From Candidatus Latescibacterota bacterium (lineage in GTDB: Bacteria; Krumholzibacteriota; Krumholzibacteriia; WVZY01): a stretch of DNA of 64,000 nt. The position numbers and the translations under genes are program-made. The notes beneath the pieces were generated by a model that was not told where the DNA came from, searched no databases, and saw nothing but the letters and a program-made list of their open reading frames with translations. The stretch covers positions 224,001 through 288,000 of the forward strand of contig CAWBQK010000009.1 in NCBI GenBank assembly GCA_963791045.1, in the 5' to 3' direction. Shown piece by piece: positions 10,164 to 21,918 of this stretch (the stretch's first letter is position 1; the number at the start of each line of letters is the position of its first letter).

Positions 10164-12465
10164 TCAATTGGGAGACTGGGAACCCTGGTTGATAAGGTTA
10201 TCGACATATGTTTTCACGTCGTGTCCGGTCTTGTTATCCGGCTGCGCCTCAATCATCTGTTCCGCCACGGCGCGCGCCCGCATGGAGCTCCCCGTGCTTG
10301 ATATAATGATCGGCAAGAGCGAACAGAAACTCGATGTTGCCGGGATCGGCGTCGATGGCGGCCGGCAAAGCCCGTTCCGCTTCGGGAATCCGCCCGAAAG
10401 CCTGTTCGACCAGCCCGAGGTTGTACCATACACGCCCGCGCCCGGGCATTCCTTCCGCCGCCTTGCGCATATACACGGCGGACTCTTCGAGGTTGTTCAT
10501 CTCGGCTAGAAGAAGCCCCAGCGAGTACGCCGATTCGTAGTGTTCGGGATAATCCTCGACGATTTCGCGCAGCAGCTTTTCGGCTTCGTTGTTGCGGCCC
10601 TGAGTGTTGTAGAGTACGGCAAGGTTGACTTTAGCCGGATAGAAAAGATGGTCGATCTCGATCGCCGCTTTGTAGGACGCCTCAGCCCGTTCAGGATCAC
10701 CCAGAGTTGTATAGAGATTACCAAGGTTGTGGCCCGCGAATGAAAAATCGAGCGAGTACGTCATTGCCGCTTCATACTCTTCGATCGTTTCTTCCAGCGC
10801 CTCCCTCTGATACGGTTTGAACAGTTCATCGGGCAAAGGGGCGAGCCGCACCGCCGCCTGCATTCGAACCGCGCGAATGGGATCGAAGAGAAGCGGCGAC
10901 ACCAGTTCGAAGAGCCGTCTCGGGTTCGAGGATGTTGGCGTTGAGCACCGCCGTATACCGCATAAGCGCCTCGGGATCGGACAGCGCACGGTTGAATGCC
11001 GCCGTCGTCGCGTCACCGGGATAAGCGCCGAGCAAGTTGGAGCGCCGTTGCGCGGACGATTGTCGGGATAGAGTTCGTCACCGGCAAGGCGTATCAATTT
11101 GCCTCCGGCCTCGGGAAGGCGTTCGCGGCCCGCCGCGAGGATCGTTCCGTAATGAGGTTTCTTGGCCTGGCCGTACCACTTCGCGTAGTGATGCGCCGAC
11201 CACTGTCGGGCTTGTCGTTGTGACACCGCGCCTGGCTGCACGCGTTGGGCGTTCCGGTCTCGAGCGTGAGATCGGGACGCGGCACGCGCAGACTGTGATC
11301 CGCCCGCCAGTCAACCACCATGTACGGCTGCTCGGCCATATGGCATTTCACGCAGAGATATCCGTCGCTCGGTTTGCCCTCGTGCTCTCGCTTGTGAAAG
11401 TGATGATCGTAACTGTCGTACACCTCGGCCTGGTGGCACTGAAGACAGAGGTCGTTGCCTTCTTTGACGAGCTTCGAGGCTATGAACGTCGTGACAGTCC
11501 GCGCAGCGAACATCGTTCTTGTACATTTTGCTCTGCGTGAAAGAACCGTAGACATAGACTTCGTCGAGGATCTGCCCGTCGGCATAGTACAGACCCTCTT
11601 CGAGAACCGACGGGACGACATTGTCCAGGATATCGGAACGCGTGTGATCGTAGTCGCCGATTTCCATCCGCCTCGAATGACACGGCGCGCAAAGTTCGAC
11701 CTGTTGGCGCGATTCGATATTGCCGGTACGAATCACAAGCTCGTAGTTCTCCGTGTCGGGCCGGGCCATCGGCGGAATTTCCGCCCACTCGACATGCCGC
11801 GACCCGGGCCCGTGACACGCCTCGCAGCTCACATTTATCTCGGACCACGTCGTTGCGAACGTTTGTGTCGCGGCGTCATAGTTTTTCTTGAGATTTGTGG
11901 AATGACACTCGGCGCACATCCCGTTCCAGTTCTGCGCGCCGCGCGTCCAGTGGAGCCAGTCGTCGGGCGGAACGATCGAATCCGGGTAGAGGTAGAACCA
12001 CCTGGACTCGCTCGGTGTCCCAGGCGATCGTCAGGCACTGGAGACTGCCGCCCGGGAAATGGGATCAAATACTGCTGGAGCGGCTCCACACCGAAGGTGT
12101 GTGTGATCTCGAAGTCGCCCGGCTCTCCCCCAGGGCCCTCTGTGTGAACAAAAAACTTCCCGTCTTTTTTGAAAAAACGGGCCGTGACGCTTTCATAGCG
12201 CAAAAACACTATTATTGAAGTCACCCCGTACCGTACTGTCCGCCGCCACCGCCATCGCGTTATCGTGATCGGAGCCCCGCCACGATTCGTACGCCTTCTC
12301 GTGGCACTTGATGCACTTTTCCTTGCCGACAAATGCCGCCTCCGGACCCGGCTCCGCATCACGCGCTCGTTCGACAAAGGCCTCTTTGAGCGACATAAAC
12401 GGGAACCGAGAGACCACGATGACCAGTGGTGGCGATGAGGCCGGCGACTTCCACTTATGCAAGGT
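10164..12465 (-). CDS. Multiheme cytochrome c with C-terminal HEAT/TPR repeats; multiple frameshifts, ends approximate
   Basis: CIKCH, CAECH, CEACH, CAPCH, CADCH, CLQCH, CVKCH and CSQARCH; FGVEPLQQYL; VYVYGSFTQSKM; TPR repeats (HNLGNLY, YSLGLLL, YNLGLV). Confidence 0.8.
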
Positions 12466-12469
12466 GTGT

Positions 12470-13061
12470 CGGGGGTCACGCGTGGTGTCAGCCTGCGCGG
12501 CGTCAGAAGGATTGCGTTTGATCGGGTCGACCGTATCGACTTTCACGATCCCGTTTTCGATCCGCACCGGGTGCAGATCGAGCGCGCGAGGCGCCGGCGG
12601 GCTCAAGACCTCGCCCGTGATGTCAAACGAGGACGAGTGACACGGGCACACAAACCGTCCTTTCTTCGTCGTCCCAGGGAACGGTGCAGCCGAGGTGGGT
12701 GCATTCGCGAGACAAGCGCCAGAAATCCACCGTCTCTCAAACACACCAAATAAAACTTCCCATGCGGAAAAGCCGTCACCGACTCGGGCTCGAACCGTTC
12801 GAGCGGCCCGGCCACCACGACCGCCGCTTCGCCGGCGCCCTTTTGCCTTCCCGCGGGCGGAGAAAATTGAGCGCGATCACGATATACTCGACGAGGGCAA
12901 TCCCGCCAATCACGATCCACAGCTTAAGAAGAACGAGCGGCGGGAGGATTCGCGGAGGCGCAGGCCCGTCACCGGCACCGCATCATCGTTCCCCGGCCGT
13001 CGCTTCCGCGGACATCGCCGGTCTTGCCCGGGTCGGGCTTTTTCTTTTTGTCTTTTGCCAT
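12470..13061 (-). CDS. Rieske [2Fe-2S] protein; frameshifted, 3' end approximate
   Basis: SRRSFL Tat-like motif, CTHLGC in a shifted frame, FVCPCHSSSFD, PPAPRAL. Confidence 0.8.
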
Positions 13062-13086
13062 TGTAGTCACTTCACTCTGGATACGA

Positions 13087-14544
13087 TCATCGCATCCACG
13101 GCCACACAAGCGCCATTCCCTCCCCGCGGAACCAGACACCAGCGATCGTCAGAATCACGAAAGCCGTCGCGAAAAAAATAAACAACCGCCTGGACCGCTT
13201 CGTTGTTCGTCGCACCGTATCGTCTTCTTGAAAAAAATGTAAAACGCCATGCGAGCGCCGAGAAAGAATCCCGCCGTGAATCAGACCGTTGCTCACCGCG
13301 GCAGGCAGCTGGGAAACCACGCGGCAAAGTCGACCCAGTACTCCCCCGTCACAACGGCGATCGAAGTCGCGATCGCGGCGATCGGAAGGCCGCCAGCGCC
13401 ATCCGCCGCCCCTTGTGCGACATCAGGAAAACACCCGATGTGTCCTCGTCATACCGCAGGTACGGAATGAGAAGCGAGACCGAGCGCCGCCGGCAAGCGG
13501 AATAATCAACACGGCGGCCACCGGATGGAAATGGAGCAGGAGTTCCTGAAAACCCATGAAGTACCACGGCGCCTTGGCGGGGTTGGGGCTCATCCCCGGG
13601 TTCGCCGCGTCGACCGAGCGGCGCGTCAAACAACACCGCAACGGCCATCACGACGGCGATGAGCACCATCGCGGCCGATACTTCGCGGAGAAACAAGTTC
13701 GGCAGAAACAAAACGCGCTCGGGTTTCTCCTCCGGCGCCTCCCCAGGCGAGAGCGGAACGACAACCCCGCGGGCCCGCCGTACCCGCCAAAAATGAAACG
13801 CCATGAGAACGATCGACGAGAACTGGCACCACGGTTGTATGAACCGTATAAAATATAATGAGCGTCGAGGACCCGATCTCTGCGCCGCCGCGAATCGTAT
13901 TGACCAGCCAGATCCCCCGCCAACGGGATGTACCCCAGCATCCCGGTTACTATGGTAATAGCCCAGTACGAGAGCTGATCCCACGGCAAAAGATACCCGG
14001 TGAAATTCGATACCAGGACACAGCAGAGAAGCAGGAGTCCCAGGATCCAGTTGAACTGGCGGGGCGCATAGAATCCGCCGGTGAAGAAAACCCTCAACAA
14101 ATGCAGCAAAACTATCGCAATCAGAAAATTGGCGCTCCAGTGGTGGATGTTGCGAACAAGCTTTCCAAAAAGAACGCTGGTCTGGAGCGTGACGATCGAC
14201 TCGTATGCGAGCCCCGGCGACGGCTCGTAAACAAACATGAGAAGAACGCCGGTCGCGACGAGAAGTCCGAAGAGGACGGCCGACATCCCGCCCAATCCAA
14301 AAGTGTGGGTGTACCGAAGCGTCCGCGCGTCAACACGAACCGGGCGGTTGTGGAGAATTAGATTGTTGACGACGATCAACTTGCGATCCGTGTCGTCCTT
14401 CGGAACCACGGGGCCGCGCGTCACCGATTGACCGATGCGCTCGAACATACCGGAGCGTTTTTTCTGAGTGTCTCGATCGTCTTTGTTGCTCAAATCCGGA
14501 TCCTGAAGTGCGGAAAAAGGTAATTTCTCAAAGGGATCAGACAT
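13087..14544 (-). CDS. Cytochrome b of a bc-type complex (fused b6 and subunit IV-like); frameshifted
   Basis: IHHWSAN, LHLLRVF, FTGYLLPWDQLSYWA, PNPAKAPWYF.GFQEL. Confidence 0.85.
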
Positions 14545-14717
14545 CAACCATACCGATCGAATCGACAAGCGTCAAGAGTCTCGACACTCGACCGGCGGCA
14601 ATGCGTTCGAACATCGCGAAACTGAAAGAGACATATCGACAGTGATTTCCGGGGCTGAATGTGTTATAATAGATGGACAAACCCACCTCTCGTTGACTAT
14701 TTTCCCCGGAGTCTGAT

Positions 14718-16530
14718 ATGCGCCGCTCCGCCACACTCTCGTGTCTTTGCATCGGTGTCTTCTCCCTGATTACCGTCCTTGCGAACCTTGTAAGCCCCGT
14801 GTACGTCCAGGCGCAGCTTATCGGCCCTGAATTCATGGTCAACACATACGTCACCGGCGACCAGGCATTCCCAGCCGTGGCGATGAACGCATCGGGGGAT
14901 TTTGTCGTCGCATGGGAGAGCACCGACCAGGACGGAGACGGGCTTGGGGTGTACGGGCAGCGGTTTGATGCGATGGGCAACAAGGTCGGCCTCGAGTTCC
15001 AGGCAAACACATACACCGCCCTCGATCAGAGTTTTGCGGGTGTCGCGCTTCGTGACGACGGGGCGTTTCTCATTGTGTGGCAGAGCACGGGCCAGGATGG
15101 CAGCGGCCGGGGGATCTTCGCCCGGTTGTACGACTCCGCCGGCGCTCCGACGGGGCCCGAATTTCAGGCCAACACAACTACATTCAGTAACCAGGCCTTT
15201 CCCGATGTGGCGGTCAACCCGGTGACAGATGGGTTCGTCGTGACGTGGAGTAGCGCGTTCCAGGACGGCAGCAGCGACGCGGTCATCGTGAGAAAGTTCA
15301 ACGCCGACGGGGTTCCGACACGCCCCGAAGTCATGGCAAACGACTTCACATATGGTTTTCAGGGTTATTCGCGCGCCGACTGCGACGCGGCGGGCAACTT
15401 CGCCGTTGCCTACACGAGCTTTGAGTATGACGGCGACCAGTACGCGATAGGCGCGAGACGTTTCCGCGCCGATGCTGTCCCACAGGGACCCGAGTTTCTC
15501 GTCAATACGTTCTCCACATCTCACCAGGATTACCCCGATGTCGCCACCGCTCCCGACGGGAGCTTTGTCGTGGTGTGGCACAGCGCGATCCAGGACGGCG
15601 ACGGCTACGGCATTTACAAGAAGAGATATACGAGCGCCGGTGTTGCGCTAACCGGAGACGTCCAGGTCAACACGCACACGGCATCGAGCCAGTGGTGGCC
15701 CAAGATCGAAATGAACGACTTTGGCAGTTACACGATTGTCTGGCAAAGCGACTCGCAGGACGGAAGCGGCCGCGGCGTATACGGAAGACGCTACCAGTTC
15801 GACGGCACGCCCCATACATCGGAATTCCGGATCAACACAACGACGGCCGGAAATCAGGATCGTCCCGCAATCGCGTCGGATCCCCTGGGTAACCTGGTGG
15901 TGGTTTGGCAGAGCACAAATATCGACGGCAGCGGCACGGACATTTTTGCGCAGAGAATGTCGAGCGGGCACCGTCCCGGTCGCGTTTTCCGCCGTTTCCG
16001 CCGAGGCGTTCGACGGATCGGTCCTCGTGCAGTGGGACGTCTCCTCGGATATCCGAATCGCCGGGATAAATGTTTACAGAGATGACGACACGCGTGACGA
16101 CATAAAGATCGCGTCGATGCTTCCGAGTAACATAACCGAATTCACCGACCACACTGCCGAGCCCGGCAAAGAGTATGTGTACACGGTTGGTGTCGTCGAC
16201 GCCGACGGACGCGAGACGCATTCCCGTAGCGTCACCGCGGCTGTTGATGCTTTCACATATCGCCTTCTTCAGAACCACCCCAACCCGTTCAACCCGTCCA
16301 CCACAATCGAGTACGTGCTCCCCACACCGGGCCATGTCGACCTTCGCGTGTACGACCCGCGCGGGCGCCTGGTGACGACACTCGTATCCGGCGACAAAAC
16401 CGCCGGGCGTCACACAACCTCCTGGAACGGCCGCGATGCCGTGGGAACTCCGATGACCACGGGCATGTACTTTTATCGGCTGCAAACCGATACGTTTACC
16501 CAAACCAGGAAAATGCTCTTACTGAAGTAA
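14718..16530 (+). CDS. Secreted repeat protein (EFxVNTxT...Q..P.VA repeats) with Fn3-like and C-terminal FlgD/T9SS-like domain; frameshift near 15965
   Basis: About 6 repeats of EF.VNT.T...DGSG.G; ends LLQNHPNPFNPSTTI...TRKMLLLK; extended -10 TGnTATAAT at 14662-14670. Confidence 0.8.
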
Positions 16531-16596
16531 ATGCGCGCGCCCGGGGCAGATCGTCGCATAAGATGTTCTAGCGCTTGATGTTGCCCGCCAATAACT

Positions 16597-16626
16597 TTGC
16601 CAATACGGGCCCGTTTGTGCTATTCT
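16597..16626 (+). promoter_or_regulatory. Putative sigma70 promoter of the arn operon
   Basis: TTGCCA-N18-TATTCT with TG extension. Confidence 0.4.
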
Positions 16627-16731
16627 TGGTGCAAGCGATTTTCTATCCTGTATATGACAAAGGGACCGTGCGATTCCCGTGAATCGTATGTAAACACCTG
16701 TATATCTCGCGACCGCTGGGGGTTCCGGACG

Positions 16732-17883
16732 TTGAGGAACGAATTCCTTCCATTTTCACGCCCATCGATAACCGAAGGGGACATCTCCGCCGTTGTCGAC
16801 GTGCTCCGGTCCGGCTGGATCACCACCGGGCAGAAGTGCGCCGAGTTCGAACAGGCGTTTTGTGAATACACCGGCGTGCCCGGGGCCGTCGCGGTCTCGT
16901 CGGCGACCGGGGGGATGCATCTCGCCCTTCACGCCCTCGGGATCGGGCCGGGTGACGAAGTCATCACTCCGTCGCTCACATGGGTGTCGACGGTCAACAT
17001 GATCGTCCTCGCCGGCGCCACTCCTGTGTTCGCGGACGTCGACAGGGACACACTCAATGTCACGCCCGAGTCGCTAAGCGCGTGTATCACCCCAAAAACA
17101 AAATTGATAATACCGGTTCATTTTGCCGGCGCCCCCGCCGATATCGGCGCCATCCGGCGAATCGCCGCGGACAAAGGCATCCCGATTATTGAAGACGCGG
17201 CGCACGCCCTCGGAACCGAGTACGACGACCGCCCCGTCGGCGCTTCCGGAACATCGATCTTTTCATTCCACCCAATAAAAAACATTACGACCGCCGAAGG
17301 CGGGATGGTGTGCTCCGATGACGCTGATTTTATCGAACGAATCCGACGTCTCAAGTTCCACGGACTTGGGCTTGACGCCTATGACCGTGCAACGCAGGGC
17401 CGCTCACCGCAGGCGGAAGTCCTCGAACCGGGCTACAAATACAACATGACCGACATTTCGGCGGTTCTTGGGATCGAACAGCTCAAACGAATCGAGACAT
17501 TCAACCTCAAGAGAACGCAACTGGCGCTGAGATACCGGCAACAGCTCACCCATATGGACGGGATTCTGCCCCTCGCCGACCCCGGCTACCCCATGACCCA
17601 CGCGTGGCATCTCTTTGTCATTCGGGTGGATACGGACAAGTTGGGATTGAGCCGCGCGGAATTCATGGACAGGCTCAAGACCCGCAACATCGGAACGGGA
17701 ATTCACTTTCTTGCGGTTCACAATCAGAAATACTATAGAGAAAAGATGGGCGCCGGGCCGGGGATGCTTCCCCACACCGAATGGAACTCCGAAAGGATCT
17801 GTTCGCTCCCGCTCTTCCCCGCCATGTCGGTGGAAGATGTCGACGATGTCGTGGACGCCATCAAAAAAGTAATCAGCGAGTAA
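16732..17883 (+). CDS. arnB: UDP-4-amino-4-deoxy-L-arabinose aminotransferase
   Basis: [34 protein letters not shown] (PLP Lys), LKFHGLG; first gene of the arn operon; TTG start inferred. Confidence 0.9.
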   Translation: MRNEFLPFSRPSITEGDISAVVDVLRSGWITTGQKCAEFEQAFCEYTGVPGAVAVSSATGGMHLALHALGIGPGDEVITPSLTWVSTVNMIVLAGATPVFADVDRDTLNVTPESLSACITPKTKLIIPVHFAGAPADIGAIRRIAADKGIPIIEDAAHALGTEYDDRPVGASGTSIFSFHPIKNITTAEGGMVCSDDADFIERIRRLKFHGLGLDAYDRATQGRSPQAEVLEPGYKYNMTDISAVLGIEQLKRIETFNLKRTQLALRYRQQLTHMDGILPLADPGYPMTHAWHLFVIRVDTDKLGLSRAEFMDRLKTRNIGTGIHFLAVHNQKYYREKMGAGPGMLPHTEWNSERICSLPLFPAMSVEDVDDVVDAIKKVISE

Positions 17884-17907
17884 AGTACATACACAAAACG
17901 GAACATC

Positions 17908-18915
17908 ATGCACAAGATCTTGTCCCTATCAATAGTCATCCCTGTTTTCAACGAGGAAGAAAGCCTCCACGAGCTCATCGACCGCTGTCTGGCCGTGTGC
18001 CGGGATATGGCGCGGCCCACCGAACTCATCCTCGTCGATGATGGAAGCATGGACAACTCGATGGAGATCATCTCCGAAGCGGCGATCAAACACGACGGTG
18101 ACATCGTCGGTGTGTTTCTCAATCGAAATTACGGACAGCACGCGGCGGTTATGGCCGGTCTCGGCGAATCGAGGGGCGATATCGTGGTCACGCTCGACGC
18201 CGATCTCCAGAATCCGCCCGAAGAGATCCCGCGACTCGTGGCCAAAATGGAAGAGGGTTACGATGTCGTCGGGACCATTCGCGTGCCGCGAAACGACACT
18301 GCATTCCGCCGCCTGTCATCGCATCTCGTGAACAAGGTCGTCCAGAAATCGACCGGCGTGATGATGCACGACTACGGATGCATGCTTCGCGCGTACAAAC
18401 GCACGATCGTCGATGCGATGCTCTCGTGCCACGAACGGAGCACATTCATCCCCGTTCTCGCAAACAGCTTTGCCCGCAAGACGGCGGAGATCGAAGTCAA
18501 GCACGAGAGCCGCACGCAGGGCACTTCGAAGTACAGTCTCTGGAAACTCGTCAATCTCCAGTTCGATCTCCTGACGAGCATGACCACATCGCCGCTCCGT
18601 ATCTTGAGTCTTTTGGGAGCCGTCATTTCATTTGTCGGAATCGCGTTCGGGGTGTACCTGTTCGTGGGACGACTGATCTACGGAGCCGAATGGGCCGCCG
18701 GCGGGGTTTTTACCCTGTTCGCCGTTCTATTTGTTTTTATCGGAGCGCTTTTTATCGGCATGGGACTCCTCGGCGAATATATCGGACGTGTCTATCACGA
18801 CGTAAGGGCGCGGCCGCGGTATTTTGTCGAGCGGGTTGTCGGACGTCCGGCGTCGAGACGAACGGACTCCGAACACACATCACGGAAGTTCGACGGTTCC
18901 GGAACATCGCGTTGA
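17908..18915 (+). CDS. arnC: Undecaprenyl-phosphate Ara4FN transferase (GT2)
   Basis: [43 protein letters not shown], two C-terminal TM helices. Confidence 0.92.
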   Translation: MHKILSLSIVIPVFNEEESLHELIDRCLAVCRDMARPTELILVDDGSMDNSMEIISEAAIKHDGDIVGVFLNRNYGQHAAVMAGLGESRGDIVVTLDADLQNPPEEIPRLVAKMEEGYDVVGTIRVPRNDTAFRRLSSHLVNKVVQKSTGVMMHDYGCMLRAYKRTIVDAMLSCHERSTFIPVLANSFARKTAEIEVKHESRTQGTSKYSLWKLVNLQFDLLTSMTTSPLRILSLLGAVISFVGIAFGVYLFVGRLIYGAEWAAGGVFTLFAVLFVFIGALFIGMGLLGEYIGRVYHDVRARPRYFVERVVGRPASRRTDSEHTSRKFDGSGTSR

Positions 18916-18926
18916 AGGATTCAAAA

Positions 18927-20939
18927 ATGAAAGCTGTCGTTCTCGCTTACCATGACATCGGCTGTGTCGGCATCGAGTCGCTCCTCAAGAACGGATTCGA
19001 CATCGCCGCCGTGTTCACGCACAGGGATGACCCATACGAAAACACGTGGTTCGGATCGGTGGCGGAGACCGCCGCCTCGCACGGCATCCCCGTATTCGCC
19101 CCCGATGATGTCAACCACCCCATCTGGGTGGAGAAGATCAAGTCGATCGAGCCCGACATCATCTTCTCCTTTTATTACCGAAACCTTGTCGGCGAGGAGA
19201 TTCTCGCCATTCCGGAGGCGGGAGGACTCAACCTCCACGGCTCGCTTCTGCCCGCGTACAGGGGCCGCGCGCCCGTGAACTGGGTTCTCGTCAAAGGTGA
19301 AACCGAAACCGGCGTCACGCTTCATTACATGACCCGGCGACCCGATGCCGGAGACATCGTCGCGCAGAAGAAGGTCGCCATCGCGGACGATGACACGGCG
19401 CTGACACTCCACAAAAAAACCGCCGCCGCTGCGGGCGAAATGCTCGACAACATTCTCCCGCAGATCAAAGCGGGGACGGCGCCGCGCACGCCACAGAGCG
19501 ACACCGGCGCATCGTATTTTGGCCGCCGCTCGCCCGAAGACGGCGAAATCGACTGGACGCTAACTGCATCAGACGTGCGCAACCTCGTAAGGGCCGTGAC
19601 ACATCCGTACCCGGGGGCCTTTAGTTTTGTCGGCGAGAGAAAATGCTTCTTCTGGTCTGTAAAAGACGTCCATAACGGCGGTCCCGCGATGCACCCCGGG
19701 ACGATTCTGTCGACCGATCCTCTCGTCATCGCCTGCGGAGAGGGCTCTGTGGAGGTTGAGTTTGGACAACCCGACGATGGCATCCATGTCGCGGGATCCC
19801 AGTTGGCAAGCGAGCTTCATCTCACCGTCGGCATGAGTTTTGGCAAGAGCATGGTGTCGCGAGCGGAAACGGTGAGAAAAAAGAAAGTCCTGATCCTCGG
19901 TGTCGACGGTTTTATAGGCAATGCGCTCGGCGAACGGCTCCTCGAGAGCGACGACTATGAAGTCCACGGCATGGATATCCGCTCGGAGTATATTGAGCGG
20001 CTCATGGACCGGCCGGGTTTTAATTTCACCGAAGGCGACATATCGATTCACAGGGAATGGATCGAGTATCACATCCGCAAATGCGATATTATCGTCCCTC
20101 TCGTCGCCATAGCGACGCCGGCGGAGTACACGCGGAACCCTCTGCGCGTGTTCGAACTGGACTTCGAAGAAAATCTGCGCGTGGTGCGCTACTGCGTAAA
20201 ATACAATAAGCGGATCATCTTCCCTTCGACATCGGAAGTTTACGGGATGTGCCAGGAGGACGAGTTCGATGAGGATAACTCGCAGCTCGTCCTGGGACCG
20301 ATTCGCATGCAGCGGTGGATCTATTCGTGCAGCAAGCAGCTTCTCGACCGGGTTATCTGGGCATACGGGCAGAAAGTCGGCACGCGGTTCACGCTTTTCC
20401 GGCCCTTCAACTGGATCGGCCCGCGGCTCGACAGCCTCGAATCCGCGCGGATCGGCAGCTCGCGCGCAATCACGCAGCTGATTTTGAATCTTGTCGAGGG
20501 CACACCAATCAAACTCGTCGACGGCGGCGACCAGAAACGCTGCTTCACCGACGTGACCGACGGGATTGAAGGACTATTCAGAGTAATAGAAAACAAGAAT
20601 CACAACTGTGACGGCCGGATAATCAACATCGGCAACCCGGACAATGAGATCAGCATCAAGGATCTTGCCCATATGCTGGTCGACATGTTCAAACAACATC
20701 CCCTGCGGTCGCAGTTTCCTCCGTTTGCCGGGTTCCGCGAGATCGAAAGCCGCTCGCACTACGGTGTGGGTTATGAGGACATCCAACACAGACGTCCGAG
20801 CATTAGAAACGCAAAGAAACTTCTCAAATGGGCGCCGACGGTGCCGCTCGAAGTGTCGGTTGAAAAAACCCTCGACTTCTTTCTCCGGCAGGCGGTGGAG
20901 AGCGAAGGGTTCGACACGGGACCGGTCAACAAGGCATGA
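18927..20939 (+). CDS. arnA: Bifunctional UDP-Ara4N formyltransferase / UDP-glucuronate dehydrogenase-decarboxylase
   Basis: [56 protein letters not shown]. Confidence 0.95.
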   Translation: MKAVVLAYHDIGCVGIESLLKNGFDIAAVFTHRDDPYENTWFGSVAETAASHGIPVFAPDDVNHPIWVEKIKSIEPDIIFSFYYRNLVGEEILAIPEAGGLNLHGSLLPAYRGRAPVNWVLVKGETETGVTLHYMTRRPDAGDIVAQKKVAIADDDTALTLHKKTAAAAGEMLDNILPQIKAGTAPRTPQSDTGASYFGRRSPEDGEIDWTLTASDVRNLVRAVTHPYPGAFSFVGERKCFFWSVKDVHNGGPAMHPGTILSTDPLVIACGEGSVEVEFGQPDDGIHVAGSQLASELHLTVGMSFGKSMVSRAETVRKKKVLILGVDGFIGNALGERLLESDDYEVHGMDIRSEYIERLMDRPGFNFTEGDISIHREWIEYHIRKCDIIVPLVAIATPAEYTRNPLRVFELDFEENLRVVRYCVKYNKRIIFPSTSEVYGMCQEDEFDEDNSQLVLGPIRMQRWIYSCSKQLLDRVIWAYGQKVGTRFTLFRPFNWIGPRLDSLESARIGSSRAITQLILNLVEGTPIKLVDGGDQKRCFTDVTDGIEGLFRVIENKNHNCDGRIINIGNPDNEISIKDLAHMLVDMFKQHPLRSQFPPFAGFREIESRSHYGVGYEDIQHRRPSIRNAKKLLKWAPTVPLEVSVEKTLDFFLRQAVESEGFDTGPVNKA

Positions 20940-21006
20940 TGAAACGTCGATAGCTGTAATTCGAGTCGCGACTTCGTTTCAACCGCGAGCCCATTGAAAT
21001 TTGTCT

Positions 21007-21897
21007 ATGAGAATTGGCCTGAGAATTGATGTCGATACCCACCGGGGCACGCAAAGGGGCGTCCCGAATCTTCTGCGGCTGCTTGACGATCACCATATCG
21101 CGGCCACGTTCTTCTTCTCCGTCGGCCCCGACAATATGGGACGTCATCTCTGGCGGCTGCTTCGGCCGCAATTTCTCTTCAAAATGCTGAGAACGCGGGC
21201 GGCCAGTCTCTACGGCCCGGACATTATCCTCCGGGGGACATTCGGCCGCGGACCACTTCTCGGGGAAAAGTTCGGCGATATCATGAAAGCGGCCGCGGAC
21301 GCCGGGCACGAGGCGGGGCTGCACGACTGGGACCACTACACCTGGCAGACACATCTCGACAAGATGGACAGAAGCGTGATACGCGCCACACTAAAACAGG
21401 GTGTCGACACGCTCACGAGCATTCTCGGAACAACACCGGTGTGTTCGGCCGTTCCGGCCTGGAAATGCAACGATACGGTGCTTCTTGAAAAGAACAGATT
21501 CCCGTTCCGGTTCAACAGCGACTGCCGGGGGAAAAACGTCTTCCGGCCCGTCGTCGACGGAAAATCTCTCGACCAGCCCCAGATCCCGGTGACCCTACCG
21601 ACATACGATGAAGTGATCGGTCGCAACGGGATCAACAACAAAAACTTTAATCATTTTATGATCGAACAGCTCGACCTGAACGGTTTGAATGTGCTGACAA
21701 TTCACGCCGAATCCGAGGGCATATCCTGTCTGGGGCTCTTTAAAGAGTTCGTCGAAAAAGTCCAGTCACTTGGCGGATCGTTCTGTCCGTTGGGAGAACT
21801 CGTAGAACATGTCGAACCGCTTCCACGAGCGAGCGTGTCGCGGGGATCGCTTCCCGGCCGCGAGGGATGGCTTTCGCTTCAATCGCTCTATGAGTAG
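21007..21897 (+). CDS. arnD: Ara4FN deformylase
   Basis: GLRIDVDT.RGT..GVP, FFFSVGPDNMGRHLWRL, QIPVTLPTYDE. Confidence 0.92.
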   Translation: MRIGLRIDVDTHRGTQRGVPNLLRLLDDHHIAATFFFSVGPDNMGRHLWRLLRPQFLFKMLRTRAASLYGPDIILRGTFGRGPLLGEKFGDIMKAAADAGHEAGLHDWDHYTWQTHLDKMDRSVIRATLKQGVDTLTSILGTTPVCSAVPAWKCNDTVLLEKNRFPFRFNSDCRGKNVFRPVVDGKSLDQPQIPVTLPTYDEVIGRNGINNKNFNHFMIEQLDLNGLNVLTIHAESEGISCLGLFKEFVEKVQSLGGSFCPLGELVEHVEPLPRASVSRGSLPGREGWLSLQSLYE

Positions 21898-21918
21898 CGG
21901 CGTTTTTCGAACACCCAA

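Noticed and set aside
18378-18926. 183-aa N-terminal extension of ArnA in the ORF track
   Set aside because: It overlaps arnC in another frame; the canonical MKAVV start with an AAGGA ribosome-binding site is at 18927.
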